Shown: in pieces, positions 54,455-62,898 of the stretch | How positions within the stretch are numbered: the stretch's first letter is position 1 | Layout of the letters: the number at the start of each line of letters is the position of its first letter | Origin: Vicinamibacterales bacterium | Lineage (GTDB): Bacteria; Acidobacteriota; Vicinamibacteria; Vicinamibacterales; UBA2999 | Assembly (NCBI GenBank): GCA_050246635.1 | Contig: JBFWVR010000009.1 | Span: forward strand, 11,807 to 75,806 | Direction of reading: 5' to 3' | Length of the DNA: 64,000 nt | Notes under the pieces: model-generated | Seen by the model: the letters and a program-made list of their open reading frames with translations, nothing else | Database searches by the model: none | Told to the model about the DNA's origin: nothing | Position numbers and translations under genes: made by a program

Positions 54455-56878
54455 CTATTCTGCGCGAAGCGCGACCATGGGGTCGACCCTCATCGCGCGG
54501 CGCGCCGGCCCGAGGCAGGCCAGCGCCGTGACGGCCAGCAGCACCAGCGCCAGCCCGGCGTAGACCGCGGGATCCGTGGCGCTGACGCCGAACAAGAGGG
54601 TGTCGAGGAACCGGGCGCCCGCCAGGGCGCCGGCGAGCCCGACCGCCACGCCGAGGCCCGCGAGCCCGAGCCCGTGCCGGACGACCAGGGCCGCGATCTC
54701 GGCGGGCCGGGCCCCGAGGGCCAGCCGCACGCCGAGTTCCGGGATGCGCTGGGTCACGGTGTAGCTGACCAGGCCGTACAGGCCGACCGCCGCCAGCAGC
54801 AGCGCGGTCGCCGCGAACGCCGCGACCAGGAACGCCCGGAACCGCGGTTGTCCGTTGGCGTCGGCAATCAACTGCTCCACGGTGTGCGACTCGTCCACCG
54901 GGAGGAGCGGGTCGAGTTCCTGGACCGCCGCGCGCACCGCGCTCGCGGCGGCTGCCTCGCCGGCGGCACTCTGCAGGACGACCCCCATGAAGGGCGTGGT
55001 GAACTGCCCGTAGGGGATGTAGACGGCGGGCGGCTGGGGCGCGTCGAGGTCGCCGCGCCGGTGGTCCGCCAGTACCCCGACGATGGTGAACCAGTCGTCC
55101 TCGTCGTCGGGATTGCCGCCGAGCGTGAGGCGCTTGCCGAGCGGATCGCCGTCGGGCCACTCGCGCGCGGCGAGTGTCTGGTTGACGAGCACCACGGCGG
55201 GCGCCTCCGGGCCATCCTGCTCGGTGAACATCCGGCCGCGGAGCAGCGGGACGCCCGTGGCCTGCAGGTAGCCGGGAGAGATGGCATTGAGCTCGGCCAC
55301 CGGCTGATCCACGCGCGCCAGCCGCGAACGGCCCTCGATCTGGTAGCCGCCGCTCGCGCCGAAGCTCTGGAACGGCGTGGGAAACGCGATGGCCGAGCGC
55401 GCCGTCAGCGGGTTCGCCTGCAGCCGCTCCAACAGCGACTGGTAGAAGCGAGCCTGGGCCGGCGTGTCGTAGCGGGCCTGCGGGAGGGACACATCGACCA
55501 CCACCATCTCGCTGGTGGCCAGGCCGGTGTCCACGCCCTGGAGCCGCTCGAAGCTGGCGAGCAGCAGGCCCGCGCCGACGAGCAGCATCAACGCGAGGGC
55601 CACCTCGGCGACGACCAGGCTGCTGCGGAGGCCGCTGCGGCCCGTGCCGGTGCGGCCGCCGTCCTTCAGGTGCTCGGCCACGCGCAGGCGCGACGCGGCG
55701 AGGGCCGGTGTGAGGCCGAAGAGCAGTCCCACGATCACGGTGGCCGCGACCGAGAACACGAGCGCGCGCCCATCGAGCGCGACCTCCGAGAGGCGCGGCG
55801 TGTTCTCGGGCGCCAGTGCGACCAGCGCGCCGACGCCCCACATCGCGGCGAGCAGACCCAGCGCCGCCCCGCCGGTGGCAAGCACGAGGCTCTCGACCAG
55901 CAACTGGCGGATCAGGCGGCCTCGCCCCGCGCCGAGCGCCGCCCGGACCGAGAGCTCGCGCCGGCGTGCCGTGCCGCGCGCGAGCAGCAGGCTCGCCACG
56001 TTCGCGCAGGCGATCAGCAGGACGAATCCCACCGCGCCAAGCAGCACGACGAGCGCCGATCGCACGTCGCCGACCATTGACTCCCGCAGCGGGATGGCCT
56101 CGGCGCTCTCGCCTTCGTTCGTGTTCGGGTACGCCTCGGCGAGACGACGGCCGATGCCACCGAGCTCGTCGTTGGCCATTGCCAGCGACACGCCGGGCGC
56201 GAGCCGGCCGACCGCCGAGAGATAGGAGATGTCGCGGTGGCTCTCGAGATCCCCGTCGATGGCGATGGGCGACGGCGGCACCGCGCCGGACGCCAGCAGC
56301 CACACCTCGACGTCCGCCGGGAACGCAAACGCCGCCGGCACCACCCCGATGATCTCCGTGACGACGCCGTTGAGGCGCACCGACGAGCCGACGACGTCGG
56401 GGGCCGCACCGAACTGCCGGCGCCAGAGGCCTTCCCCGATCACCGCGAGGCTGGGGCCGCCGGGCCGGTCCACCGACGCCGAGTAGGTCCGGCCGGCGAG
56501 CGGCGGCATGCCAAAGGCGTCGAAGAACGCCGCCGTCGTGTGGAGGCCAAGCAGGCGCACCGGCGCGTCGGTGCCGGTCATGTCGACCACGTCCTCACGG
56601 TAGGCCGCGAGGGCATCGAAGCTGCGTGCCTGGCGTTGGTAGTCGAGGAAATCCGCGGGTGTCCAGTTGTCGCCGCCCTGCGCGACGACCTTCTGGATGT
56701 CCACGAGCCGATCGGCCGCCGGGTAGGGAAGGGGACGCAGCAGGATGGCGTCGACCACCGAGAAGATCGCGGTCGTGCCGCCGATGCCGAGCGCCAGCGT
56801 CAGCAGGGCGATGGTCGTGAAGCCCGGCGTGCGGCGCAGGGAGCGAAAGGCGTAGCGGATGTCCTGGGCCATGGACAC
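54455..56878 (-). CDS. duplicated MacB/FtsX-type ABC permease (ADOP-like, ~800 aa)
   Basis: 807 aa containing two copies of the unit TM1 - large periplasmic domain - three TM helices (FtsX domain). The FRSLRRTPGFT N-terminus is typical of the acidobacterial duplicated orphan permease family. GTG start at 56878. Confidence 0.85.
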   Translation of the reverse strand: MSMAQDIRYAFRSLRRTPGFTTIALLTLALGIGGTTAIFSVVDAILLRPLPYPAADRLVDIQKVVAQGGDNWTPADFLDYQRQARSFDALAAYREDVVDMTGTDAPVRLLGLHTTAAFFDAFGMPPLAGRTYSASVDRPGGPSLAVIGEGLWRRQFGAAPDVVGSSVRLNGVVTEIIGVVPAAFAFPADVEVWLLASGAVPPSPIAIDGDLESHRDISYLSAVGRLAPGVSLAMANDELGGIGRRLAEAYPNTNEGESAEAIPLRESMVGDVRSALVVLLGAVGFVLLIACANVASLLLARGTARRRELSVRAALGAGRGRLIRQLLVESLVLATGGAALGLLAAMWGVGALVALAPENTPRLSEVALDGRALVFSVAATVIVGLLFGLTPALAASRLRVAEHLKDGGRTGTGRSGLRSSLVVAEVALALMLLVGAGLLLASFERLQGVDTGLATSEMVVVDVSLPQARYDTPAQARFYQSLLERLQANPLTARSAIAFPTPFQSFGASGGYQIEGRSRLARVDQPVAELNAISPGYLQATGVPLLRGRMFTEQDGPEAPAVVLVNQTLAAREWPDGDPLGKRLTLGGNPDDEDDWFTIVGVLADHRRGDLDAPQPPAVYIPYGQFTTPFMGVVLQSAAGEAAAASAVRAAVQELDPLLPVDESHTVEQLIADANGQPRFRAFLVAAFAATALLLAAVGLYGLVSYTVTQRIPELGVRLALGARPAEIAALVVRHGLGLAGLGVAVGLAGALAGARFLDTLLFGVSATDPAVYAGLALVLLAVTALACLGPARRAMRVDPMVALRAE

Positions 56879-56903
56879 ACTCCCGGCCGACCGTGGCGGG
56901 CCA

Positions 56904-56927
56904 CGGATGGCACAGATGGCACAGATG
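56904..56927. repeat. 9-nt tandem repeat (CAGATGGCA-like) x~2.5
   Basis: The sequence cggatggca cagatggca cagatg lies in the 135-nt spacer between the first ATPase gene and the permease gene. It is related to the GATG arrays at 25573-25626 and 29536-29889. Confidence 0.7.
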
Positions 56928-56957
56928 AAAAACAGGGGCGGCGCGAGGCGCCGTGCC
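56928..56957 (-). terminator. weak intrinsic-terminator/attenuator-like hairpin inside the exporter operon
   Basis: The reverse strand reads ggcacGGCGCctcGCGCCgcccctgTTTTT, a 6-bp GC stem followed by T5. It is preceded by a perfect 10-bp hairpin, ccggggcggg/cccgccccgg (56956-56987). The stem is short, so confidence is low. Confidence 0.3.
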
Positions 56958-57013
56958 GGGGCGGGCGATGGGATCAGCCCGCCCCGGACAGGTGATGACG
57001 GAGGTGCCCTCCG

Positions 57014-57715
57014 TTAGACGACGGCGGCGCTCTCCTCGACGACGCGGCCGTCGAAGAGGTGCACCGAGCGATCGGCGTGCGCGGCGTAGCGCGGATCGTG
57101 CGTGACCATGCAGATCGTCGCGCCCTGGCGATGCAGCTCCCGGAGCAGCTCCATCACGGCCTCGCCGTTCTTCGAGTCGAGGTTGCCCGTCGGCTCGTCC
57201 GCCAGCAGGATGGCCGGCTGTCCGCCGACCGCGCGGGCGACGGCGACACGCTGCTGCTGGCCGCCCGAGAGCTGGGAGGGCAGGTGCTTCGCGCGGTGGG
57301 CCATGCCAACCCGCTCCAGGGCCGCGTTGGCCCGCTCGCGCCGCTCGGCCGACTTCATGCCCCGATAGATGAGCGGCAGCTCCACGTTCTCGAAGACCGT
57401 GAGATCGCCGATCAGGTTGAAGCTCTGGAAGATGAACCCGATCTCGCGGTTGCGGACGCGGGCGCGCTCCGACAGGGAGAGGTTCGCGACCTGCTGGCCG
57501 TTCAGCAGGTAGGTGCCCTCACTGGGCGTGTCGAGCAGGCCGAGGATCGCGAGCATGGTCGACTTGCCGCAGCCGGAGGGGCCAGCGATGGCGACGTATT
57601 CGCCCTGCTGGATTTCCAGGTGGATGCCGGCCAGGGCGTGCGTCTCGACCTCGTCGGTGTAGAAGACCTTCTTGATCCCATCGAGGCGGATGAGCGGCTG
57701 CGCTGAAGCGTTCAT
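57014..57715 (-). CDS. ABC transporter ATP-binding protein (MacB-type)
   Basis: Walker A GPSGCGKST, signature LSGGQQQRVAVARA, Walker B LLADEPTGNLD and H-loop VTHD; 233 aa. Confidence 0.9.
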   Translation of the reverse strand: MNASAQPLIRLDGIKKVFYTDEVETHALAGIHLEIQQGEYVAIAGPSGCGKSTMLAILGLLDTPSEGTYLLNGQQVANLSLSERARVRNREIGFIFQSFNLIGDLTVFENVELPLIYRGMKSAERRERANAALERVGMAHRAKHLPSQLSGGQQQRVAVARAVGGQPAILLADEPTGNLDSKNGEAVMELLRELHRQGATICMVTHDPRYAAHADRSVHLFDGRVVEESAAVV

Positions 57716-57748
57716 CGTCGGGTCCCTCCCTTTGGTCCCTGTCCCTAG

Positions 57749-59017
57749 CTATCTCAGCTGAATGCGGTCGAAGGCGTCCCAGGCCGACATGTCGGAGAGG
57801 ATGACCTGGTCCCCCTCCTGCAGCCCCGAGAGCACCTCGATGGTGTTCACCGAGCTCCGGCCAAGCTGGACCTGCACGCGCGAGGCTTCGCCGGTTTCGG
57901 CGTTCACGCGGAACAGGCCGACGGTGCTCTGCTCCTGCCCGAAGGCCGGCCGCCCGGTGTATAGGACGTTTTCCAGCCGTTCGAGTTCAACGGTCCCATC
58001 CACGCTCAGGTCGGGCCGCGCGCCCCGCGGCAGCTCGCCCTCGAGGCCGATGTCGACGGTGACCGTGCCGTTCTGCGCGGCCGGGTCGATCCGGATGACC
58101 TTGCCGGGGATGATGCCGTTGCGCGTGTCGACCTGCGCGACCTGGCCGATGGCGAGGTCGCGGGCCTGCGTCTCGGCGATGCGGAGCTCGGCCTTGAGCC
58201 GGGTCGGGTCGGCGACGCGCACCAGGTTGGTGCCGGGCGCGACCTGCTGGCCGACCTCGACGGGCACCTGCTCGAGCACGCCCGACATGCCGGCACGCAC
58301 CTGCAGGTTGCGCACCTGCGAGCGGCGGAGGTCGAAGAGCGAGCGGAGCTGGTCGATGCGGGCCTGCTGGGCGAGGAGCTGCTGCTTGACGTTCTCCTCG
58401 GCGACCTCGAGCCGCTGCTGCTCGAGTTTCAGCCGCGTCGCCAGCGACTCGGAGCGCACGACCGACTGCTTGAGGACCAGGTTGGACACGAGGCCGTCCT
58501 TGGCCAGGTCGGTGTTGACCTCCCGTTCGAGCTTGGCCTGCTCGAAGTCGGCCTCCACACTGGCGGCGACGGAGCGCTGGTTGAGCCGCTCCGTCTCGAG
58601 TCGCGCTTCGAGGCTCGCGTAGTCGGCCTCAGCCGCGCGCAACTGCTGTTCGGCGTCGTCGAGCGCCTGCTGTGCCTGCGGATCACTGAGCTCGAGAATC
58701 ACGGTGTCGGGCTCGACCTGGGCACCGGGCCGCAGGATGATGCGCTCGACGCGGCCCTGCGTCGAGGCCGGAACCCAGCGTCGCGCTTCGTCCACCGGGA
58801 CGAGCGTGCCGAGGCCACGGACCTGCCGCAGCATCGATCCGCGCTTGACCGGCTCCACCCAGACGGTGGCGCGGTCGACGCTCGGGGCGGCCGGCTGGAG
58901 CCGCGCGAGCACCACCGACACAAGGCCGATGACGAGGACCGCCGCGACCGCCAGGGAAATACGGCGGAGCTTCTTCTTGCGCGCGACGGAGGCCGGTCTC
59001 TGAATGTCCATTGCCAT
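57749..59017 (-). CDS. HlyD/MacA-family periplasmic adaptor (membrane fusion protein)
   Basis: N-terminal anchor, a long coiled-coil hairpin (QALDDAEQQLRAAEADYASLEARLE...QQRLEVAEENVKQQLLAQQARIDQL), then lipoyl/beta-barrel segments (VRAGMSGVL, IPGKVIRIDP). Confidence 0.85.
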   Translation of the reverse strand: MAMDIQRPASVARKKKLRRISLAVAAVLVIGLVSVVLARLQPAAPSVDRATVWVEPVKRGSMLRQVRGLGTLVPVDEARRWVPASTQGRVERIILRPGAQVEPDTVILELSDPQAQQALDDAEQQLRAAEADYASLEARLETERLNQRSVAASVEADFEQAKLEREVNTDLAKDGLVSNLVLKQSVVRSESLATRLKLEQQRLEVAEENVKQQLLAQQARIDQLRSLFDLRRSQVRNLQVRAGMSGVLEQVPVEVGQQVAPGTNLVRVADPTRLKAELRIAETQARDLAIGQVAQVDTRNGIIPGKVIRIDPAAQNGTVTVDIGLEGELPRGARPDLSVDGTVELERLENVLYTGRPAFGQEQSTVGLFRVNAETGEASRVQVQLGRSSVNTIEVLSGLQEGDQVILSDMSAWDAFDRIQLR

Positions 59018-59081
59018 GGTGCTGTCTTCCGTTAGACGTGTGATGGAGGCTGAAAAGATGGCAACCCGTGGCTATTTCATA

Positions 59082-59097
59082 GTCAAAGCCCATGCCA
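59082..59097 (-). promoter_or_regulatory. weak sigma-54 (-24/-12)-like motif upstream of the exporter operon
   Basis: The reverse strand reads TGGCAT-GGGCT-TTGAC against consensus TGGCAC-N5-TTGCW. The -24 GG and the spacing fit, but -12 is GA rather than GC. It lies about 65 nt upstream of the HlyD start, and the operon encodes an NtrC-type activator. Confidence 0.2.
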
Positions 59098-59326
59098 TCG
59101 GGTGTCAGGCACTCAACGTACTGATAGAACGAGAGTTAGCCACGGGTTGTTCCCTCGCGTGACGCCTCGGGTGTTCGATTCCGGGACGTCAGGCGTCTGG
59201 CAGGGGACGTCTCCGCTATAGGCTGTTTGCCCGACCGTAACCCTCCGGTCACCTCCCCGTCACGGCTGGCCCCTATCCTCAGACCAGCGAATCGGTTACC
59301 GGCCCCGCGCCCGCCGCCCAGGGGCC

Positions 59327-60706
59327 GTGGGAGGCTCCGCCACCGTGCGCGTCGCGATCATTTCGGACACCCATTTCGGCGACGACCTCTGCACCCTGGT
59401 CGGCGAGCGTGTGGACGGCGGACCGATTCAGCTCGGCCCGGGCTACGAGGCGCTCCGCCGCGCGATCGGCCGCGTGGACTACCTCGTCCTGCTCGGCGAC
59501 ATCCTCGACTTCTCGGTGGCCTCCTACGAGACCGCCTACCGGCATGCGAAGGTCTTCTTCAGCCGCCTCCAGCAGGATCAGGTCGCCGGCCAGTTCATCT
59601 ACATCCCGGGAAACCACGACTTCGACATCTGGCACATCGTCGAGCACCAGGTGAACGTCATCAACCAGCTCAAGCAGGGCGAGTTGCCGCGCGCGTTCAA
59701 GCGTTCGGTGCCGGGCGTGCTGGACGACCGGCGGCCGGACCCGGCGGAGAAGTTCACGTTGCCCGACGTCGCCGCCAAGCCGGAGTGGCACGACAACCGT
59801 ACGAAGTACGGGAACCTGTTCCTCGACCACATCACCCGCCGCCGATCGCGCGACCGTGCCTCCCGCGCCGAGGGGCGCAAGCTCACGTTCAACTTCGCCT
59901 ACCCGAACCTGTACCTGGTCAGCGACACCGGCGAGTCGGTGCTCGTCACGCACGGCCACTACTTCGAGGCGTACTGGGCGATGGCGTCGGACTGGCTGAT
60001 GCACTTCGCCGCCGACCACGTGCCGCTCGAAAAGCCGGGTGAGCCGAACCTGCAGGAGCTGGTCGGGATGAACCTGCCGCTCACCCAGCTCGCCTGCACC
60101 GGCATCGGCCAGGCGCAGCCGCTGACGGAGCTCGTGCGCGCCGTGCAGCGGGAGATCGCGGCAGGCCGGGTCGGCGTGCTGGCACAGTGCCTCGATCGCC
60201 TCGAGGCGCGGGTCCTCGACGAGCGGCGTCACTTGTCACGCATGCGGCGCGCCGCGGAACGCCACGTCCTGGGCTGGCTGAAGCGCTGGCTGCTGTCGAC
60301 CCTGGCCACGACCGAACCGGCGCGTTACAGCCGCCTGTTCCTGCAGCACCCGCGGGTCCGGGATCGTTTCCAGCGATACTTCCGCTACAGCCTGAACGAG
60401 ATTCGCCAGTTGTCGCGTGAGCACGGCATCGACCTGCCGGTGCCGACCCACGTCGTCTTCGGCCACACCCACCAGCCAATCGCGTGGGGGGCCGACGAAC
60501 TGGTGGACCACGTGGACGGGCACCCGGTCCGCTTCTGCAACACCGGGGGCTGGTTGCGGCGCGAAGAGCCGGACGGGCGCACGAGCTTCGTCGGGGCCGA
60601 GGTCGTGCTCTACGAGTCGGGTCGCGGATTCCGCTCGGTGACCGTGACGGAGGCTGATGTGGCAGCAGGCGTGGGGAAGGATCGGCAGCTGGCGCTTGCG
60701 CTGTAA
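59327..60706 (+). CDS. metallophosphoesterase family protein with a large insertion
   Basis: Calcineurin-like motifs occur in order: ISDTHFG (DxH), LLGDILD (GD), PGNHDF (GNHD), THGH and FGHTH (GHxH), with about 200 aa inserted before the last motif. The start is GTG 59327 or GTG 59345. Confidence 0.75.
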   Translation: MGGSATVRVAIISDTHFGDDLCTLVGERVDGGPIQLGPGYEALRRAIGRVDYLVLLGDILDFSVASYETAYRHAKVFFSRLQQDQVAGQFIYIPGNHDFDIWHIVEHQVNVINQLKQGELPRAFKRSVPGVLDDRRPDPAEKFTLPDVAAKPEWHDNRTKYGNLFLDHITRRRSRDRASRAEGRKLTFNFAYPNLYLVSDTGESVLVTHGHYFEAYWAMASDWLMHFAADHVPLEKPGEPNLQELVGMNLPLTQLACTGIGQAQPLTELVRAVQREIAAGRVGVLAQCLDRLEARVLDERRHLSRMRRAAERHVLGWLKRWLLSTLATTEPARYSRLFLQHPRVRDRFQRYFRYSLNEIRQLSREHGIDLPVPTHVVFGHTHQPIAWGADELVDHVDGHPVRFCNTGGWLRREEPDGRTSFVGAEVVLYESGRGFRSVTVTEADVAAGVGKDRQLALAL

Positions 60707-60718
60707 GCTGGACGCATC

Positions 60719-61417
60719 GTGCGCCCGGAGGATCTCCCGCTCAGGCACCGCCTGCTCATTGCCGCCTACCGCTGGCGCGTGCCGGCGCCCCTCCCCGCGT
60801 CGCGTCTGGCGCGTCCGGTCCACCAGGCCCGGGTTGCGCTCGTCACGACGGCCGGGCTGGTGCCGCCGGGAGCGGTCCCGTTCGATACCTCCCTCCGCGG
60901 CGGCGATCCGTCCTTCCGCATCATTGCGGCAGACACGCCGATCGGCCGCCTCGAGGAACATCACCGCAGTGACGCGTTCGACCACGAGCCCATGGCGCGC
61001 GACCGGAACGTCGCGTTTCCGCTCGACCGGCTCCACGACCTGGCGTCCGCCGGCGCCATTGGCGCGGTCGCGCCACGTCACCTGTCGTTCATGGGCTCGA
61101 TCACCGCACCGGGACGGCTGCGTGACGAGACGGCGCCGGCGGCCGCCGGCCTGTTGGCCGACGACGCGGTGGACATCGCGCTGCTGGCTCCCGTTTGACC
61201 GTTCTGTCACCAGACCGTGTGTCTGGTCCAGCGTGCGCTCGAGGAGCGGGGCATCGTCACGGTCTCGGTGTCGTTGATGCCGGAGATCACGCGCCGGTTC
61301 GCGCCGTCGCGCTGGCTGGCGACGGGCTTCGGCCTGGGCCAGCCGTTCGGTGAGCCGGGCGACGTGGCGGGGCAGGAGGGAATCTTGCGGGAGATGCTGG
61401 CGCTGGCGGAGGCGTAA
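60719..61417 (+). CDS. glycine/sarcosine/betaine/D-proline reductase selenoprotein B (GrdB/PrdB)-family protein, predicted selenocysteine at in-frame TGA 61196-61198
   Basis: Track ORFs 60719-61198 and 61217-61417 are in the same frame (offset 498 nt), separated only by one TGA. The read-through product has 232 residues: ...RVALVTTAGLVPPG...GDPSFRII...DRNVAFPLDRL...HLSFMGSI...DIALLAPV-U-PFCHQTVCLVQRALEERGIVTV.... The U-x-x-C context and the N-terminal blocks match my memory of the GRDB family. A SECIS-like hairpin follows the TGA. Confidence 0.7.
61204..61231 (+). promoter_or_regulatory. candidate bacterial SECIS element
   Basis: The main stem is 7 bp: ACCAGAC (61209-61215) / GTCTGGT (61221-61227). 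The apical loop is CGUGU (61216-61220). The stem extends by CUG (61204-61206) / CAG (61229-61231) across a small internal loop. The stem starts 11 nt after the UGA and the loop 18 nt after it. Confidence 0.5.
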
Positions 61418-61771
61418 GCCTCGCGCTGCGCGCTCGGTAGGCCTCGGCGGCTGCGCCGCCTCGTTGGGACTCGTCCCTCGCTTCGCTCGGGCTCGCTGGG
61501 ACTCGGCGCCTTCGGCGCCTCGCTGGGAGCCGGGCTCTCACTTCGCTTCCGCCGCGCCGCCGGCGCGGCGTCCCAGCGAGGCCGCGCAGCGGCCGAGTCC
61601 CAGCGACGTCCGATGCGAGGAACCCGCGAGGACGAGTCCCAGCGAGTCGCGTGAGCGACGAGTCCGAACGAGGCGGCGCAGCCGCCGAGGCCTACCGAGC
61701 GCAGCGAGGCCCAAAGAGGCGGCGAAGCCGGCGCGGCCCACCGAGCCCCGAGCGACGTCGAGGGCGAGGCC
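61418..61771. repeat. GC-rich long imperfect palindrome, copy 3 of the 3-member family
   Basis: 36-nt perfect inverted arms at 61430-61465 / 61667-61702 (core gctcggtaggcctcggcggctgcgccgcctcgtt). The match continues inward imperfectly through ctcgctgggactcg / cgagtcccagcgag words to a centre near 61550. It fills the spacer between convergent genes. Confidence 0.85.
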
Positions 61772-62869
61772 CTACGGCACCAGCGAGTCCCACAAGGCGG
61801 GATCCGTAACGCCCTCGGTCACGAACACGAGGACCCGCGAACCGGGGCCCAGGCCGAGGGCCTGTTTGGCCTCAGCCAGATCGGGATCGTGCAGCGCGGC
61901 CAGGAGGCCGCCGAGTGCCGCGCCGCCGGATGCGCCGGCGCGAATCGCCGGGTCCGCTCCGCTCGGGCGCGCGAGGCGGCGCATCCCTTCGACCGCCCAC
62001 TCGTCGTCGATTGCCAGATAGGCATCGACGATGGGGTGGAGCGCCCTGAAGGCGAGGGGAGAGACGTCCCCACAGCGCAGGCCCGCCATGATCGTCGTCA
62101 GTGGACCGGTCACGTGCGATGGGGCACCGGCGCGTGCGGACTCGAGCAGGCACGCCGCGCTCGATGGCTCGACGCAGACCACGGCCGGCCGGCGATCGCC
62201 GTGGCGCCAGGCCACCCAGCTCGCGGCGGCGGCCACGAGGCCCCCCACGCCTCCCTGGACGAAGATCGTGTCGGGCCCGCCACCCCAGTCGCGCTCGGCT
62301 TCGTCCAGCAGCCGCGTGTAGCCGAGCATGATGCGGCGGGGAATCTCGTCGTACCCGTCCCACGAGGTGTCCGACACCACCACCCACCCCTCGCGCGCCG
62401 CGTCGTGGGCCATCTGCCGCACCGCATCGTCATACGTGCCGGCGACGCGCACGACGGTCGCGCCCTCGTCTTCGATAGCGGCGGCGCGCGGCGCGGCGGC
62501 GGTCGCGGCCATGTAGACACGGCAGGGGCAGCCAGCCTCGCGCGCCGAGCGCGCCACGGCCCGCCCATGGTTGCCCTCGCTGGCGCAGGCGATGACGGTC
62601 CCCGGGGCCAGGATGCCGTCCTGCAGCAGGCTGTCGACCGCGAAGCGCGTGCCGGCGCCCTTGAAGGCGTTCAGGCCGAAGCGGCCGGACTCGTCCTTGG
62701 CCCAGATGGCGCGCAGGCCGAGCAGGCGCGCGAGTCCCGGCAGCCGCCGGAGGGGCGTGGGCCGCAGGTCGGGCCTTGCCGCGAAGAAGGCGCGTTGCCT
62801 TGCGTAGTCGGCGTCGTCGAAGAGGCCGGCTGCGGCGGGACGCGGTGGCGGGACGTAGGTGAATGACAC
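61772..62869 (-). CDS. dpaL: diaminopropionate ammonia-lyase (PLP-dependent, YgeX/DpaL-like)
   Basis: KDESGRFGLNAFKGAG (PLP-lysine block, compare E. coli KDESHRFGLNAFKMLGG), SEGNHGRAVA, VVSDTSWDGY, IMLGY, VQGGVGG, VVCVEP, TIMAGLRCG and GASGGA. It is collinear with YgeX as I remember it. GTG start at 62869. Confidence 0.85.
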   Translation of the reverse strand: MSFTYVPPPRPAAAGLFDDADYARQRAFFAARPDLRPTPLRRLPGLARLLGLRAIWAKDESGRFGLNAFKGAGTRFAVDSLLQDGILAPGTVIACASEGNHGRAVARSAREAGCPCRVYMAATAAAPRAAAIEDEGATVVRVAGTYDDAVRQMAHDAAREGWVVVSDTSWDGYDEIPRRIMLGYTRLLDEAERDWGGGPDTIFVQGGVGGLVAAAASWVAWRHGDRRPAVVCVEPSSAACLLESARAGAPSHVTGPLTTIMAGLRCGDVSPLAFRALHPIVDAYLAIDDEWAVEGMRRLARPSGADPAIRAGASGGAALGGLLAALHDPDLAEAKQALGLGPGSRVLVFVTEGVTDPALWDSLVP

Positions 62870-62898
62870 GGGCGACTGCCGCGATTATAGTGGCCGCC

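Noticed and set aside
59161-59197. tRNA-like fragment (GTTCGATTCC T-loop-like string flanked by gacgcct / aggcgtc)
   Set aside because: Only an acceptor-like stem and an imperfect T-arm (8-nt loop) can be drawn. There is no D arm and no anticodon arm. It is more simply explained as one of several inverted repeats in the divergent control region.
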